A stretch of 64,000 nucleotides of DNA from NCBI RefSeq assembly GCF_001194135.2, contig NC_068999.1, positions 21,000,912 to 21,064,911 of the forward strand. Direction: 5' to 3'. The position numbers and the translations under genes are program-made. This document shows positions 51,387 through 63,176 of the stretch, in pieces. Each line of letters begins with the position of its first letter. Within the stretch, counting starts at the first letter, position 1. The notes under the pieces were generated by a model that was not told the origin of the DNA, searched no databases, and saw only the letters and a list, made by a program, of their open reading frames with translations. Origin of the DNA: Octopus bimaculoides (lineage: Eukaryota).

Positions 51387-51930
51387 TATAACGTTGGATA
51401 AATTTTGTATTTTATTCGTTTGATTTACACGCTTTTAACGCAAAAATTGTAATATGTTGGTATTGCTAAAGTTGTTTTCAAATGAAGACATATTTCAGAT
51501 TCGTCAGATAAAAATACTACCTGGGTTTATTAAAAATATATAGCGGATTGGGTATTGGAAAGTGTAGTCATGCTGTGTCATTTTTCATGAGGTTTTCCTT
51601 TTATTATAGTCGTTTGATGATAGACATGTTTCAATTTCATCTTTTGGAGGTTTGAAACCGGGAAAAATACAGACGACTTGAAAAAGAAATATTAAACACT
51701 ATATCGATGATCAAAGTATATATAAAAGTAAATATAATAAAGTATGTATGTATTTATAATCGCTCCGCTTAATATATTTGTACCACTGGAACTATGTATA
51801 TATATACGTATATAATATGAGTGCGTGTGTGTGTATGCGTACGTGTGCGTGTGTTATACATGCATGGGCACACACACATGCATATATAGAACTATATTTC
51901 TATATAAGCTTACATATATAAATATATATG

Positions 51931-51967
<37 letters not shown>

Positions 51968-52143
51968 AAAACTATATGTGTGTGTGTGTGTGTGTANNNN
52001 NNNNNNATGTGTGTGTGTGTGTGTGTACGTCCGTACATATATATATATATATATACACGTATATATATATGTTTGTATATATCTATATGTATGTATGCAT
52101 GTATGTATGTTGGTAGATAGATAGGTAGATCAATCGATTGATC

Positions 52144-52230
<87 letters not shown>

Positions 52231-52929
52231 GCATATATGTGCGTGTTGATGTGTTGTCTGCTTCCAGATTTCTACTTCTTTTCGATACTTTGAAAAACTG
52301 GCCGTAACCTGTNNNNNNNNNNNNNNNNNNNNNNNNNNNNNNNNNNNNNNNNNNNNNNNNNNNNNNNNNNNNNNNNNNNNNNNNNNNNNNNNNNNNNNNN
52401 NNNNNNNNNNNNNNNNNNNNNNNNNNNNNNNNNNNNNNNNNNNNNNNNNNNNNNNNNNNNNNNNNNNNNNNNNNNNNNNNNNNNNNNNNNNNNNNNNNNN
52501 NNNNNNNNNNNNNNNNNNNNNNNNNNNNNNNNNNNNNNNNNNNNNNNNNNNNNNNNNNNNNNNNNNNNNNNNNNNNNNNNATATATATATATATATATAT
52601 ATATATACATGGCTTCTAGCTGATTATATTTTGTATGGTCAGATTACCACACGGAAGTAATTTCGTTAATGAACGGTAATAATTCATTCTTTTATAGACT
52701 CCGGTATATGTGCGTCATGTTGTCGTCGGTCTGTAGGATTTGTCAGTTTGGCATCAACAGTAAACATTCATCGATATTTATTATATTTATTGGCTGGATC
52801 ATATTAAGTACCAAGGATAGTAAACCGACGAGGAAATAGATTTTCTATAGACAAACAAGGATTATATACACTTCATACGCGTATGGCTAAACTAGAATTC
52901 CAGATTATCAGTTTCATTCCTGATGAAGA

Positions 52930-53120
52930 AATATAACAACCTTCTATTTTCTTTTCCACACTGACAAGGTACTTCTTCAGTGTTTTTTCCGTTTAATTTT
53001 TTTTTTTTTTTGTACCAGTTTTCGTACTTTTGGTATCAAAAGTTTTCACGCTGATATTGAGCCCCCTTTTTTTTATCTAGTATTGATTCTTTTCTTATTT
53101 AACAACCAAAGCACGTCACT
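52930..53120 (+). repeat. direct repeat copy 1 (~190 bp), partner of 54025-54245
   Basis: Shared blocks ttttcttttccacactgacaaggta, aaagttttca(c/t)gc(t/a)gatattga and atctagtatt..ttcttttcttattt. Confidence 0.8.
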
Positions 53121-53384
53121 GAGCATGTGTTTTTGTTTTTCTTTGATAAAAGCCTTTATTATGTAAATCGTAGGCATAAAGTTTGACGAATCCCGTCGTA
53201 AAATGCGCATTTTGTTTCTATGTATATCTGAGCATGAAGTGTGATCGTGTGTGTGCTTGTGTGTCCCAATGTGTTTGTGTGTGCGTATCTGAATGTTCTA
53301 CGCCATATATTTGGCTCTATCCATATTTTAGGTATATATATTCTTTGCTAAATTATTTGTAATATTGATTACAAATCTTCACTC

Positions 53385-53803
53385 AACGCCAGCAATTTCG
53401 AAAAAGGGAGCAAAACAGTTACACGAACCCGGTCCTTAAATGGTACTTATTTTATCGACCCTAAAAGGATGAAAGGCAAAGTCGACCTCTGCGTAATTTA
53501 AATTGAGAATGTACACATGGAGAAATGATGCTTAGCATCTGACCCAGCGTGCTAACGACTCTGCGAACTCGCCCCCTGAAATTATACAGAAATATTACTT
53601 TCAAATTTCGGCGCAAGGCCAGCAATTTCGGCCGATTATAGCGATCCCGGTACTCAACTGGTAGTTATTTTATCGACAACAAAAGAGGCCTCGGCTGAAT
53701 TTGAACTCAGCCCCAGCTGAATTTGAAGTCAGAACGTAAGGACAGACGAAATACTGCTAATCAACGTGCATGGCGTACTAACGATTCTACCAGCTCACCG
53801 CCT
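53385..53803 (-). mobile_element. two SINE-A copies in tandem (53385-53575, 53597-53803)
   Basis: Reverse complements of head, core and 3' end. The pair is flanked by aaattatttgtaatatt (53350-53366) and aaatgatttgtaatatt (53807-53823). Confidence 0.85.
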
Positions 53804-54024
53804 CAGAAATGATTTGTAATATTAACACAAAATCGACCCATGTCTGTCTAATGCTTCTTTCATTTATCGCCCTTTTTTCTTGAACACTGTTCGTTTTATC
53901 ATTGATAAAAAGTTTTGTATATTAACACGATTATTTTCCACGACAAAAGATTTAACCATATATTTCACATCGAGACCATGCTTATCCAGTGTGTATTCTT
54001 TTCTTTTCTAAATTAAATTTGTAG

Positions 54025-54245
54025 ACATAACTATCTTTTACTACTTTCTTTTCCACACTGACAAGGTATTTTTTCAGTGTTTATCCGCTTTTTGATAACA
54101 AGTTTCGGACTTTAGTGAAAGTTTTCATGCAGATATTGAACCACTTTTGATCTAGTATTCGTTCTTTTCTTATTTTCAGTTTTATCTTTATTATTTTATT
54201 CTATTTTTGCTAAACTACTATTCTAGACAACCATTGCCCACGTAT
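54025..54245 (+). repeat. direct repeat copy 2, partner of 52930-53120
   Basis: See copy 1. Contains an extra AT-rich insert near its 3' end. Confidence 0.8.
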
Positions 54246-54360
54246 TTCAAGGTGGTGACTTTTTGTCCATCTCTGCATTTCTTGGTACGTGAAGCGCCAT
54301 GTTTTAAAAAGAATGCTCGACTACAAAATTTTCGAGTGATTCAAATCTCTGTGTAATCTA

Positions 54361-54988
54361 AGACGGCGAGCTGGCAGAATCGATCGCAGGCCGAGCAAAA
54401 TGTGCAACCGTATTTACGTTCTGAGTTCAAATTCTGCAGAGGTCGACTTCACTTTTCATCCTTTCGGCATGGATCACATAAGTACCAGTTGAATCGACGT
54501 AATCCCTTCCAGAACTTGCCAGCCTTGTGACAAAGTTTGAAATTAATATTTGCAAGCAATTTAAGGTGGCGAGCTGGCAGAATCGTTAGAACGCTGGGCA
54601 ATATGCGTAACAGTATCTAGTTCGTCTTTACATCCTGTGTTCGAATTCCGCTGAGGTCGACTTAGCTTTTCATCCTTTCGGGTGCGATGAAATAAGTACC
54701 AGATGAGTACAGAGATCGATGTAATCACCTAACTTCCTCCTCTGAAACTGCTAGACATGTGCCAAAATTTGATGCCAATATTTCTGTGTAATCAATTTGG
54801 TGAGCCGGTATAATCGTTAACACACTGAGCAATTCGATTAACAGCTTTCTATCTATTAGGTTTTGAGTTCAAATGCGGTCGGGGTCAATTCTGCCTTTCA
54901 TCCTTCGGGTTCGGTAAAATAAGTATTAGTTGAGCACTGGAGTCTTTGTAATCGACTTATCCGACCCCCAAATTGCTGGCTTCGTGCC
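54361..54988 (+). mobile_element. three SINE-A copies head-to-tail (54361-54544, 54563-54776, 54797-54988)
   Basis: Each has head and core. Related flanks at 54343-54358, 54777-54793 and 54989-55004. Confidence 0.88.
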
Positions 54989-55851
54989 AATATTTCTGTC
55001 TAATGATATTTCTTAAACGTTTTAATGCTAAATGCTTCATACCACCGTATGATCGTTCCGTTGACATGGGATTTCAACTGAAGACGCTCTACTCTCGAAT
55101 AGACCTAATTTTTGCATTACCCCTCGTCAAATAACAATTTTGAACATGGAAGATAACAGCGCCCTGTTTATATCACGTAGAGTTGATATGTGAAATATGT
55201 TGAATGCCCAAATACCGACAATACTCAATATATAAAACTACGAAGGTTGTTCCTCATAAGGCCTTCCCTTGTAAATTGTTTATTTATGTGTTGGAAAATG
55301 AAATTAATGTTTTTCTCTAATTATATGCGTCTATTCCAAAGAAGAAAAAAATCTGAGTTCCAAGTGGTACATGCATAGAGAATTAACATGATCCTTGGCC
55401 AAGAAATTTTCCAACAATTGATTTCAAGTCGTTTGTTTTAACAACAAACACACATAGACACAAATGAACACATGCTCAAATGTACATAGACACATACAAA
55501 CATATGCACACACACATACACACGCCCACACACACACATGCACATACACAAACACACATACACATACATATTTAAGTATGCATGTGTGTGTATGTATGCG
55601 TGTGGATTTGTGCCTGCCTATACGTACGGATGTAGGTATTTATCTGTGTTCGTGTGCTTTTACATATATGTACGTATAATTGCGTACACGCAAACGTTCA
55701 TGTGCATATGTGTTTATATAAGAATTATTTAATTTATATGCACATATATTAATATATATATACACATAGTTATATACATGCATATAACCCACACATACAT
55801 ACACCCATACATATACACACGCATACATACATACACACATGCATACATACA

Positions 55852-55882
<31 letters not shown>

Positions 55883-56609
55883 GTATGTATGTATATATGC
55901 GTTACATTTGAAAACCGTACCTGATTCGCAGTCATCTGCTAATGTGAATTTTTTTTTTTTGTTTATCGAAATCCGTACAACTATAAATGGATGCTATGTT
56001 CATATTGGTTGTTGACAGAAGAACATTAAATTTTGTAATTATTGACAAAATTACACTGTACAGAGATAAACATCACTTAATTAGCATATACTGTTCCCTG
56101 TACAAAATTATATTTCTCTCTTACTTTTCTGTATTCTTCCGATTGCACGCCAAAGTTTATGCAGCTCACGTTTCCAATCAAACTTCTGCATGCTCAGAAA
56201 TAATTTATAAAAAATGATACATGTAAACTTTCAATGTTCAGCTTTCCATTTCAACTTGTAGTGACACAGAGGTTTGATAAATATTATGGTTCAATAATCA
56301 GTGCTTTCTAAGATATAAATAATATGTCAGACTATTTTTCTATGAAAATATATTGCATTAAAGTAATGCATTTAAGATTTCAAATATAAGCTAACACAAA
56401 AATAGTCTTAGCCATATGATTAAAAGTGGTGTTTTGCTACCACATTTTCCCTGGTTCGATTCTAGAGCCCGTTACTTTTTGTGCGTGACTTTAATTATAT
56501 CTTTAATTATATCATCGTGTGTGGAGAATGTGTTCAATAGGAAGACGGAAACTGTACGGCAGTCCTTCATAATATGTTTATATATAAAAGTAGGAATTCT
56601 TTCGAGGTG

Positions 56610-56700
56610 AAGAAGATCGCTTTGCATGCACGCAGGTTCGGGTTCAGTCCCACCGCAGGGCACTTTAAATAAATGTATTTTAATATAGCCCCGAGGTAAA
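56610..56700 (+). mobile_element. SINE-B head fragment
   Basis: ggttcgggttcagtcccaccgcagggcacttt...atagccccgagg. Confidence 0.55.
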
Positions 56701-56806
56701 CAATGTCTTCCAGGAACAGAGACGAAATAAGATGAAGACACTGGGATTGAATCGGACAGATATGTGAGAGAATTTTGGTTGACAGAATCTGTAAGGACGT
56801 TCGTTC

Positions 56807-56845
<39 letters not shown>

Positions 56846-56924
56846 GAGGTAGTTTTGGTGAAGCACTGTAAGGTACAACTTTAAAGAAAGTCTTTCTATG
56901 AGGCCCGAACAATGGAAGGTGGTA

Positions 56925-57335
56925 CAAACTAAACTACGATAGGAAGAGGAATCAGAACAAAGTTGCAGTTTTACCTTGTATTACTATATTTCCGGGTGTA
57001 AAGCCGGAACAACGGACTTCCATACAGTTTCTGTCTACCAAAATTACGTCATAAAGCTTTAATGTGCAATGAGGCACAGAAAGTCCGCAACATGATCCCT
57101 CCAGCCAGCCCTGTTTTCTAACACTGTTCTGGTGTCATTCGCGCTTCCGCCCTTCTCGTCTTCTTCCTTTGGCAATGGTCCTTCGATAGCTGGTTTTAGG
57201 GTGCCCTGGTGCTCTTTTGCCCTCAGGCTCCCAAAATATAGAAATACAAGTTAAAACTACAACGTTTTTCTGCTTTCTTTCATTTGTAGCTTATTTTGTA
57301 GCTTCTCGCATTGTTCCAGCCTTACAGAATAACCT
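56925..57335. mobile_element. MITE-like element copy 1 (core 56954-57271)
   Basis: Inverted ends agaacaaagttgcagttttaccttgtattactatattt / aaatatagaaatacaagttaaaactacaacgtttttct. Homologous throughout to 58825-59265. Confidence 0.75.
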
Positions 57336-57344
57336 TCTTTAAAT

Positions 57345-57590
57345 ATATACATATATGTGTGTGTGTGTATATGTGCGTGCGTCTGTGTATGAATGTGATG
57401 CGTATGTCTGTTGGTATATCTTTGTGTTTGTACCACAACCGTTGTTGTTTTGTTTACCTCTCCCTAATACAGTGAGTCAGCAACAAAATGTACCATACTT
57501 AAAAATAAGTACTGCAGTCGACGTGTTCGAATAAACCTTGCATGACAGTGCCCCAGCATGGCCACAATCCAATGACTGAAACAAGTAATA
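57345..57590 (+). mobile_element. SINE-B 3' module with upstream (TG)-rich tract, degraded
   Basis: aataagtactgcagtcgacgtgttcgaataaac...gtgccccagcatggccacaatccaatgactgaaacaagtaa. Confidence 0.65.
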
Positions 57591-58824
57591 CATGAATGAT
57601 ATGTATGTACCTTAGTGTGAATATATATCCAAGTCGTAAATCACAATTTACATCTAAGTAGCTAAAACTTTGTGTTCAGGAACAATTTTCGGAGCAGAAG
57701 GTCATAGGCTGTGTAAATGCAACTCACACTTTCCGAGAAAAGATATTTGCTTTAATTAAAAACTTAATTAAAAAATAATGTAGAATACATATCTACTATT
57801 GAAGAAAAAAATTGTAATTAAGAAGATATATATTTTTTCAATAAAGAAAAATTAATTAAATGTGAATAATATATTTCAAATATTAACGAATGCCAGTTTG
57901 TTTTTATTGTTTTTATTCTCATTAAGTTCAACATTAGCCACCTTCTGCACCGCTTCTCTGAGTAAATTTTGAGTGAATTTTGAGCCACTCCCAATTTTCC
58001 ATGATAGGTTAGGTCCCGGAATCCTCCAAACGGTCGTATTACATGTCGTATCGTCGAATTAGACCCTCCTTTACTCCACAAATAGTTTGTCGTCAATGCT
58101 GCACTTTTCCATATCACATTTTGCAATATAACTCTAATATATATATATATATATATATATANNNNNNNNNNNNNNNNNNNNNNNNNNNNNNNNNNNNNNN
58201 NNNNNNNNNNNNNNNNNNNNNNNNNNNNNNNNNNNNNNNNNNNNNNNNNNNNNNNNNNNNNNNNNNNNNNNNNNNNNNNNNNNNNNNNNNNNNNNNNNNN
58301 NNNNNNNNNNNNNNNNNNNNNNNNNNNNNNNNNNNNNNNNNNNNNNNNNNNNNNNNNNNNNNNNNNNNNNNNNNNNNNNNNNNNNNNNNNNNNNNNNNNN
58401 NNNNNNNNNNNNNNNNNNNNNNNNNNNNNNNNNNNNNNNNNNNNNNNNNNNNNNNNNNNNNNNNNNNNNNNNNNNNNNNNNNNNNNNNNNNNNNNNNNNN
58501 NNNNNNNNNNNNNNNNNNNNNNNNNNNNNNNNNNNNNNNNNNNNNNNNNNNNNNNNNNNNNNNNNNNNNNNNNNNNNNNNNNNNNNNNNNNNNNNNNNNN
58601 NNNNNNNNNNNNNNNNNNNNNNNNNNNNNNNNNNNNNNNNNNNNNNNNNNTATATATATTCGATGGGAAGCGGAAAGTTTAAAGCAGTAGTTACCTGCTG
58701 GGAGCGATGGAAAGACCGGGAGAAGATGTTCAATAAAAAATTAGGGCGATAATGGGATGGTCAAAAGGGGGCAATGGATGTAAAAACAAAATAATGGGTT
58801 AAGTTTATTTGTGAAAGCTTAAGT

Positions 58825-59265
58825 TATGAAGTAAATTGCAAAAGGAAAAGGAAACAGAACAAAGTCGCAGTTTTAACTTGCATTTCTATATCTCCGGGTG
58901 TACGGCTGGATCAATGGACTTCCATACAGTTTCTGACTACCAAAATTCCCTCAAAAACCTTTAGTCAGTCTGGGCAATTGTGAGTTAATTCTCTCCATGC
59001 CATGAGGCACAGATGGCCCGCAACATGATCCCTCCAACAACCTCTGTTTTTATCAATGTTCTGGTCTCGTTCAAGCTTCTCCGTCCTTCTCCTTTTCTTT
59101 CCTTGTCAATGATCCTTCGCTGTGTTGTTTTAGGGTGCCCTGCTGATCCTCACCCCGGGCTCCCGAAATATAGAAATACAAGTTAAAACTGCAGCTTTGT
59201 TCTTTCTTTTCTTTTTCTAGTTTACTTTCTATCTTTACGTATCGTTCTGGCCTTAACAATGTGAA
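58825..59265. mobile_element. MITE-like element copy 2 (core 58856-59203)
   Basis: Inverted ends agaacaaagtcgcagttttaacttgcatttctatatctccggg / cccgaaatatagaaatacaagttaaaactgcagctttgttct, extending outward to ~70 bp. Confidence 0.78.
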
Positions 59266-59287
59266 CAACAATCGAAATAATCTGATA

Positions 59288-59400
<113 letters not shown>

Positions 59401-59639
59401 AGCTTAAGTTTACTCGTGAATTACAATTGTTTTTAGTTTGGCTACAGAACGCGGTATATGTTTATGGTGGTGAATAGTGTTGGGTGGTTGACGTTAGGAA
59501 TGTGACCTGGATGCTAAGGAGGTGGGGCATCCCGAAAACGTTTGGGAATCACTGATTTAGAGAATCGATTGAAAGTAATTTATTCAAAAGTTAGTGAATT
59601 AGTGTGCGTTAATGTAATTTTGATATTAATATACTTTTC

Positions 59640-59845
59640 TTATTTTGGCATAAGGCCAATAAATTTGAGTTGTGGAGAGGTTGATTACATCACCTCAGAG
59701 CTCAACTGGAACTTATTTTATCCAATACGACGGGCTGAATGACAAAGTCGACCATGGCATAATTTGAAGTCAGAACATAAAGACAGATGAAAATGCTGCT
59801 AAGCATTCTATCCGGCGTGCTACCCATTCTACAAGATTGCCCCTT
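59640..59845 (-). mobile_element. SINE-A copy with 17-bp TSD
   Basis: Reverse complement of SINE-A. Flanks taattttgatattaata (59615-59631) and taattctggtattaata (59846-59862). Confidence 0.82.
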
Positions 59846-59910
59846 TAATTCTGGTATTAATAGAACGCACCCCATCCACACACACGCGCGCAAACATACA
59901 TACATACATA

Positions 59911-60192
59911 TGCAGAAATAAGACAATGACATATGTAGACGAAACAGCAAGGAGCATAGGGGAGCGGGCAAACGAACATTGGAGGGAACTTAAGGAAGGG
60001 AAGAACTAATCAGTTCTGTACCAGCACGCTGAGCAAGAACATAGAGGCTCAATCAACAACATAGAAATTAAAATCTTATCTACACATAGCAGTGATGCAA
60101 CACTTAGACAAATTACTGAAGCTACACACATAATAGAAGAGAAACCTAGCCTGAATAGGAAACTAGAATGGAACACTAACACACACCACTAA
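59911..60192 (+). pseudogene. GIY-YIG endonuclease C-terminal part of a Penelope-like retroelement
   Basis: CRNKTMTYVDETARSIGERANEHWRELKEGKN*SVLYQHAEQEHRGSINNIEIKILSTHSSDATLRQITEATHIIEEKPSLNRKLEWNTNTHH*. Shows Y(I)GET.R...R..EH, conserved H..H, RQI.EA..I and P.LN; one internal stop. Confidence 0.8.
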
Positions 60193-60713
60193 CAAACCAC
60201 AAACCACAGCATGTGACAACATGTTACCCATAAACCAATAATAATATGAACAAAGTATAATACAATACATAGATAAACAAATGGAATTAAATATTACATA
60301 CGTTAACAANNNNNNNNNNNNNNNNNNNNNNNNNNNNNNNNNNNNNNNNNNNNNNNNNNNNNNNNNNNNNNNNNNNNNNNNNNNNNNNNNNNNNNNNNNN
60401 NNNNNNNNNNNNNNNNNNNNNNNNNNNNNNNNNNNNNNNNNNNNNNNNNNNNNNNNNNNNNNNNNNNNNNNNNNNNNNNNNNNNNNNNNNNNNNNNNNNN
60501 NNNNNNNNNNNNNNNNNNNNNNNNNNNNNNNNNNNNNNNNNNNNNNNNNNNNNNNNNNNNNNNNNNNNNNNNNNNNNNNNNNNNNNNNNNNNNNNNNNNN
60601 NNNNNNNNNNNNNNNNNNNNNNNNNNNNNNNNNNNNNNNNNNNNNNNNNNNNNNNNNNNNNNNNNNNNNNNNNNNNNNNNNNNNNNNNNNNNNNNNNNNN
60701 NNNNNATATATAT

Positions 60714-60763
<50 letters not shown>

Positions 60764-61169
60764 TATGAGTATATGCGTGTATACCTGTGTCTGTAAGTGT
60801 AATTTAGCTAACATGATCACTGTCTTGTTTTATTGGAGGGGGTTTGCAATGCTTCATACCGCAGTTATATAAACATTAAAAGCACTCTATAAAACCAAAG
60901 CTATAACGTTATATAACCATATGAGAGTAATAGTTCAATCAAGCCTCTTTCCTCTTCTATCACACTTTCAACACGAAGCTCTAGAATCACGAATAATATT
61001 CAAGAGTTCAGCTTCAATAAAGTCATTTATTTATCCAAAAGTATCTCTTCTTTTAGGGTTTCCGTTCTGTTTGTGATTTTGTCAATAGAAACATTTTGCA
61101 ATCAATCTTGCAACACATCGTTGTCTAATTCGCACGTCATAGTGAAATTAAGGAGACACTTGCATCTCT

Positions 61170-61171
61170 AC

Positions 61172-61230
<59 letters not shown>

Positions 61231-61231
61231 A

Positions 61232-61263
<32 letters not shown>
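61170..61263. repeat. (TAG)n microsatellite
   Basis: Direct inspection. Confidence 0.98.
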
Positions 61264-61264
<1 letters not shown>

Positions 61265-62044
61265 CTTCGGTTTTCTTTGGAAAACCGAAAAGTCTACAAT
61301 GAAGTAAGCTTCGCATATTAGAAGTATCCTTTTGTTTCTTTTTTTTTGCCTTTTACTAGCTTCAATACTATTAATTAGTACCGCGATTAAACCGGTGCGC
61401 CCCATGCAATCGAGGGCTGTTATCGATTATTTCGACCCCAGTACTTGTTTAATCGACCCATGTGTAACAAACGGCTAAATTAACCTTTATAGATTTTCTG
61501 ATGGGAAGCAACACAACTCGATGCTCCGGTTTCAAACAGTATAGGCAAACACACACGCATAACATTTCTATTCGTTTCATGAGCAAGTTTCTCCTGCGAA
61601 ATAGCGATCTAGCTGTCATCATTGTTTTGTAACACTGGATGACTGGATATTGCATTACATTCTACTGGATGCTTCTCATCTCGTGTACATGCAAATAGAC
61701 GCTTGCAGAGGTTTTGCTTGTCAAATGTCACATGTAAGCTATACTAGAAAATATTTACTCAATGAAGTATAACAGTGTAAACGAACCCAGATCTAAACTA
61801 TATGGCTCGAAAGTGCAGACCTTAACGACACAGCCATACTGTATTTTGCTGCCTGTCTAGTTAAGCACATTTTAGTTTTTGAACCCAAAGAGTATTCCTT
61901 TATTGTTTAACCTCAGAATAACTCCGATGGGTGCAGACCTAAAATCAAAGGTATTTGAACCTTGAACGACTCCTTTGTTCCTGACTAAAATATAGTGTAT
62001 CCAAAACTACATTAATGAATATATCCTTAACCTTTATTGATATG

Positions 62045-62115
62045 ATATGATTTGAGAAAGATATGGCTGCTATTTCTAGCAGTTCATATGACTGCATAGA
62101 GTTTCCGGTGTTGAC
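62045..62115. repeat. third dispersed repeat motif (ga(g/t)atttg(a/g)ctgctatttctagc), also at ~9345 (opposite strand), ~36970, ~37265 and ~47965
   Basis: Recurrent ctgctatttct(a/g)g motif with similar flanks at several loci. Parent element not resolved. Confidence 0.5.
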
Positions 62116-62714
62116 CCGTGGGAAGAGTTCTGTAAACTTCATGTTTACATTTCTGGTAACACTGCAGCACCGCCAATTATATAGTTTTACACTGATTTCA
62201 ATATTAACTATCGAAGTAGTTATGTGCGTATATACATATTTATACATACATACATAGTGAATAATGAATGTTAACATGTTGATACAATTGCAAAATGGAA
62301 CTTCGAGTTGAGAAATGAAGTCAAATATAACGATGATGTATTCACGAACCGTCACACATACGCATAATCAAAATTGAGTACTTTTGTATTGATGGAAGAT
62401 TTACAAGAATTCTTGCATTGATACAAGACAATCAGAATTATCGTTGGTTTCTGTGGTACTACTCAGCGTTTAGTAAACTTCAGCTACTTTCTGTTTTCAT
62501 GTACTAAATGAGTTAGGTTCTATTACACTTTAGCAAATAACCAGGTAGGATAACAAAGTAAGATTTTGTTTTCTGCATTTGATATCACCTTCATTCTCTT
62601 TTATTCATTTATTTCTTTACTCTATGACTTTTCTCTGCAGCTCATAGTTAGTGTTGACTTCCCTGTTCTATATAAGGGAAGCTAACTGATGACTTACTAG
62701 TCGGTATCGATATG

Positions 62715-62800
62715 ATCAATACATCAATCTTTCAATTGCCAAATATATCTGGATAAAACGTCGTCTCTGTTCCTCATTCTTGAAGTGGATTTATCTCTGA
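62715..62800 (-). pseudogene. possible second Penelope-like GIY-YIG remnant
   Basis: Minus strand RNRDDVLSRYIWQLKD*CIDH resembles the LSKYIW.LKD...Y motif of some PLE endonucleases. Short, and upstream motifs are not recovered. Confidence 0.28.
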
Positions 62801-63137
62801 GAAACGACATCATTTTTATGAAAATATGTTTTTCTATGCTATGCCCCTGAAATGATTCAGCAAATTTGAAATCTTTCTTATATCTAATTTCCAGCAACAT
62901 TCGGTCAGAATCGCTCGCCGATAAACTCATCATTTTTACACCTCAAAATTTTATTAATATTCATTCAACTCACGCAATTACTAGTAACTGTAAATTATAC
63001 TCAATAGATTTATACACTTTCTCCAAAGTGTTAAAGCCATGTAAAACTCAACCTGAATGTACAACTAGATATAACAAACGCAACAACTATTACCGATCGA
63101 TCTATTCAATAATAATACTAACTACTGAAAAACTTAC

Positions 63138-63176
63138 CCATGTGGCTTCACTAAATGCATCAATTACTAAGCTATT
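63138..63176 (-). CDS. candidate 39-bp exon (unverified), NSLVIDAFSEATW
   Basis: Acceptor ctctgctttacaaactacag, donor TGG|gtaagt. In-frame phase 0-0; the other two frames are closed. Confidence 0.22.

Noticed and set aside
62645-62715. Hairpin plus CTGATGA resembling a type III hammerhead
   Set aside because: The GAAA box is absent (GGTA) and there is no valid UH cleavage triplet before stem I.
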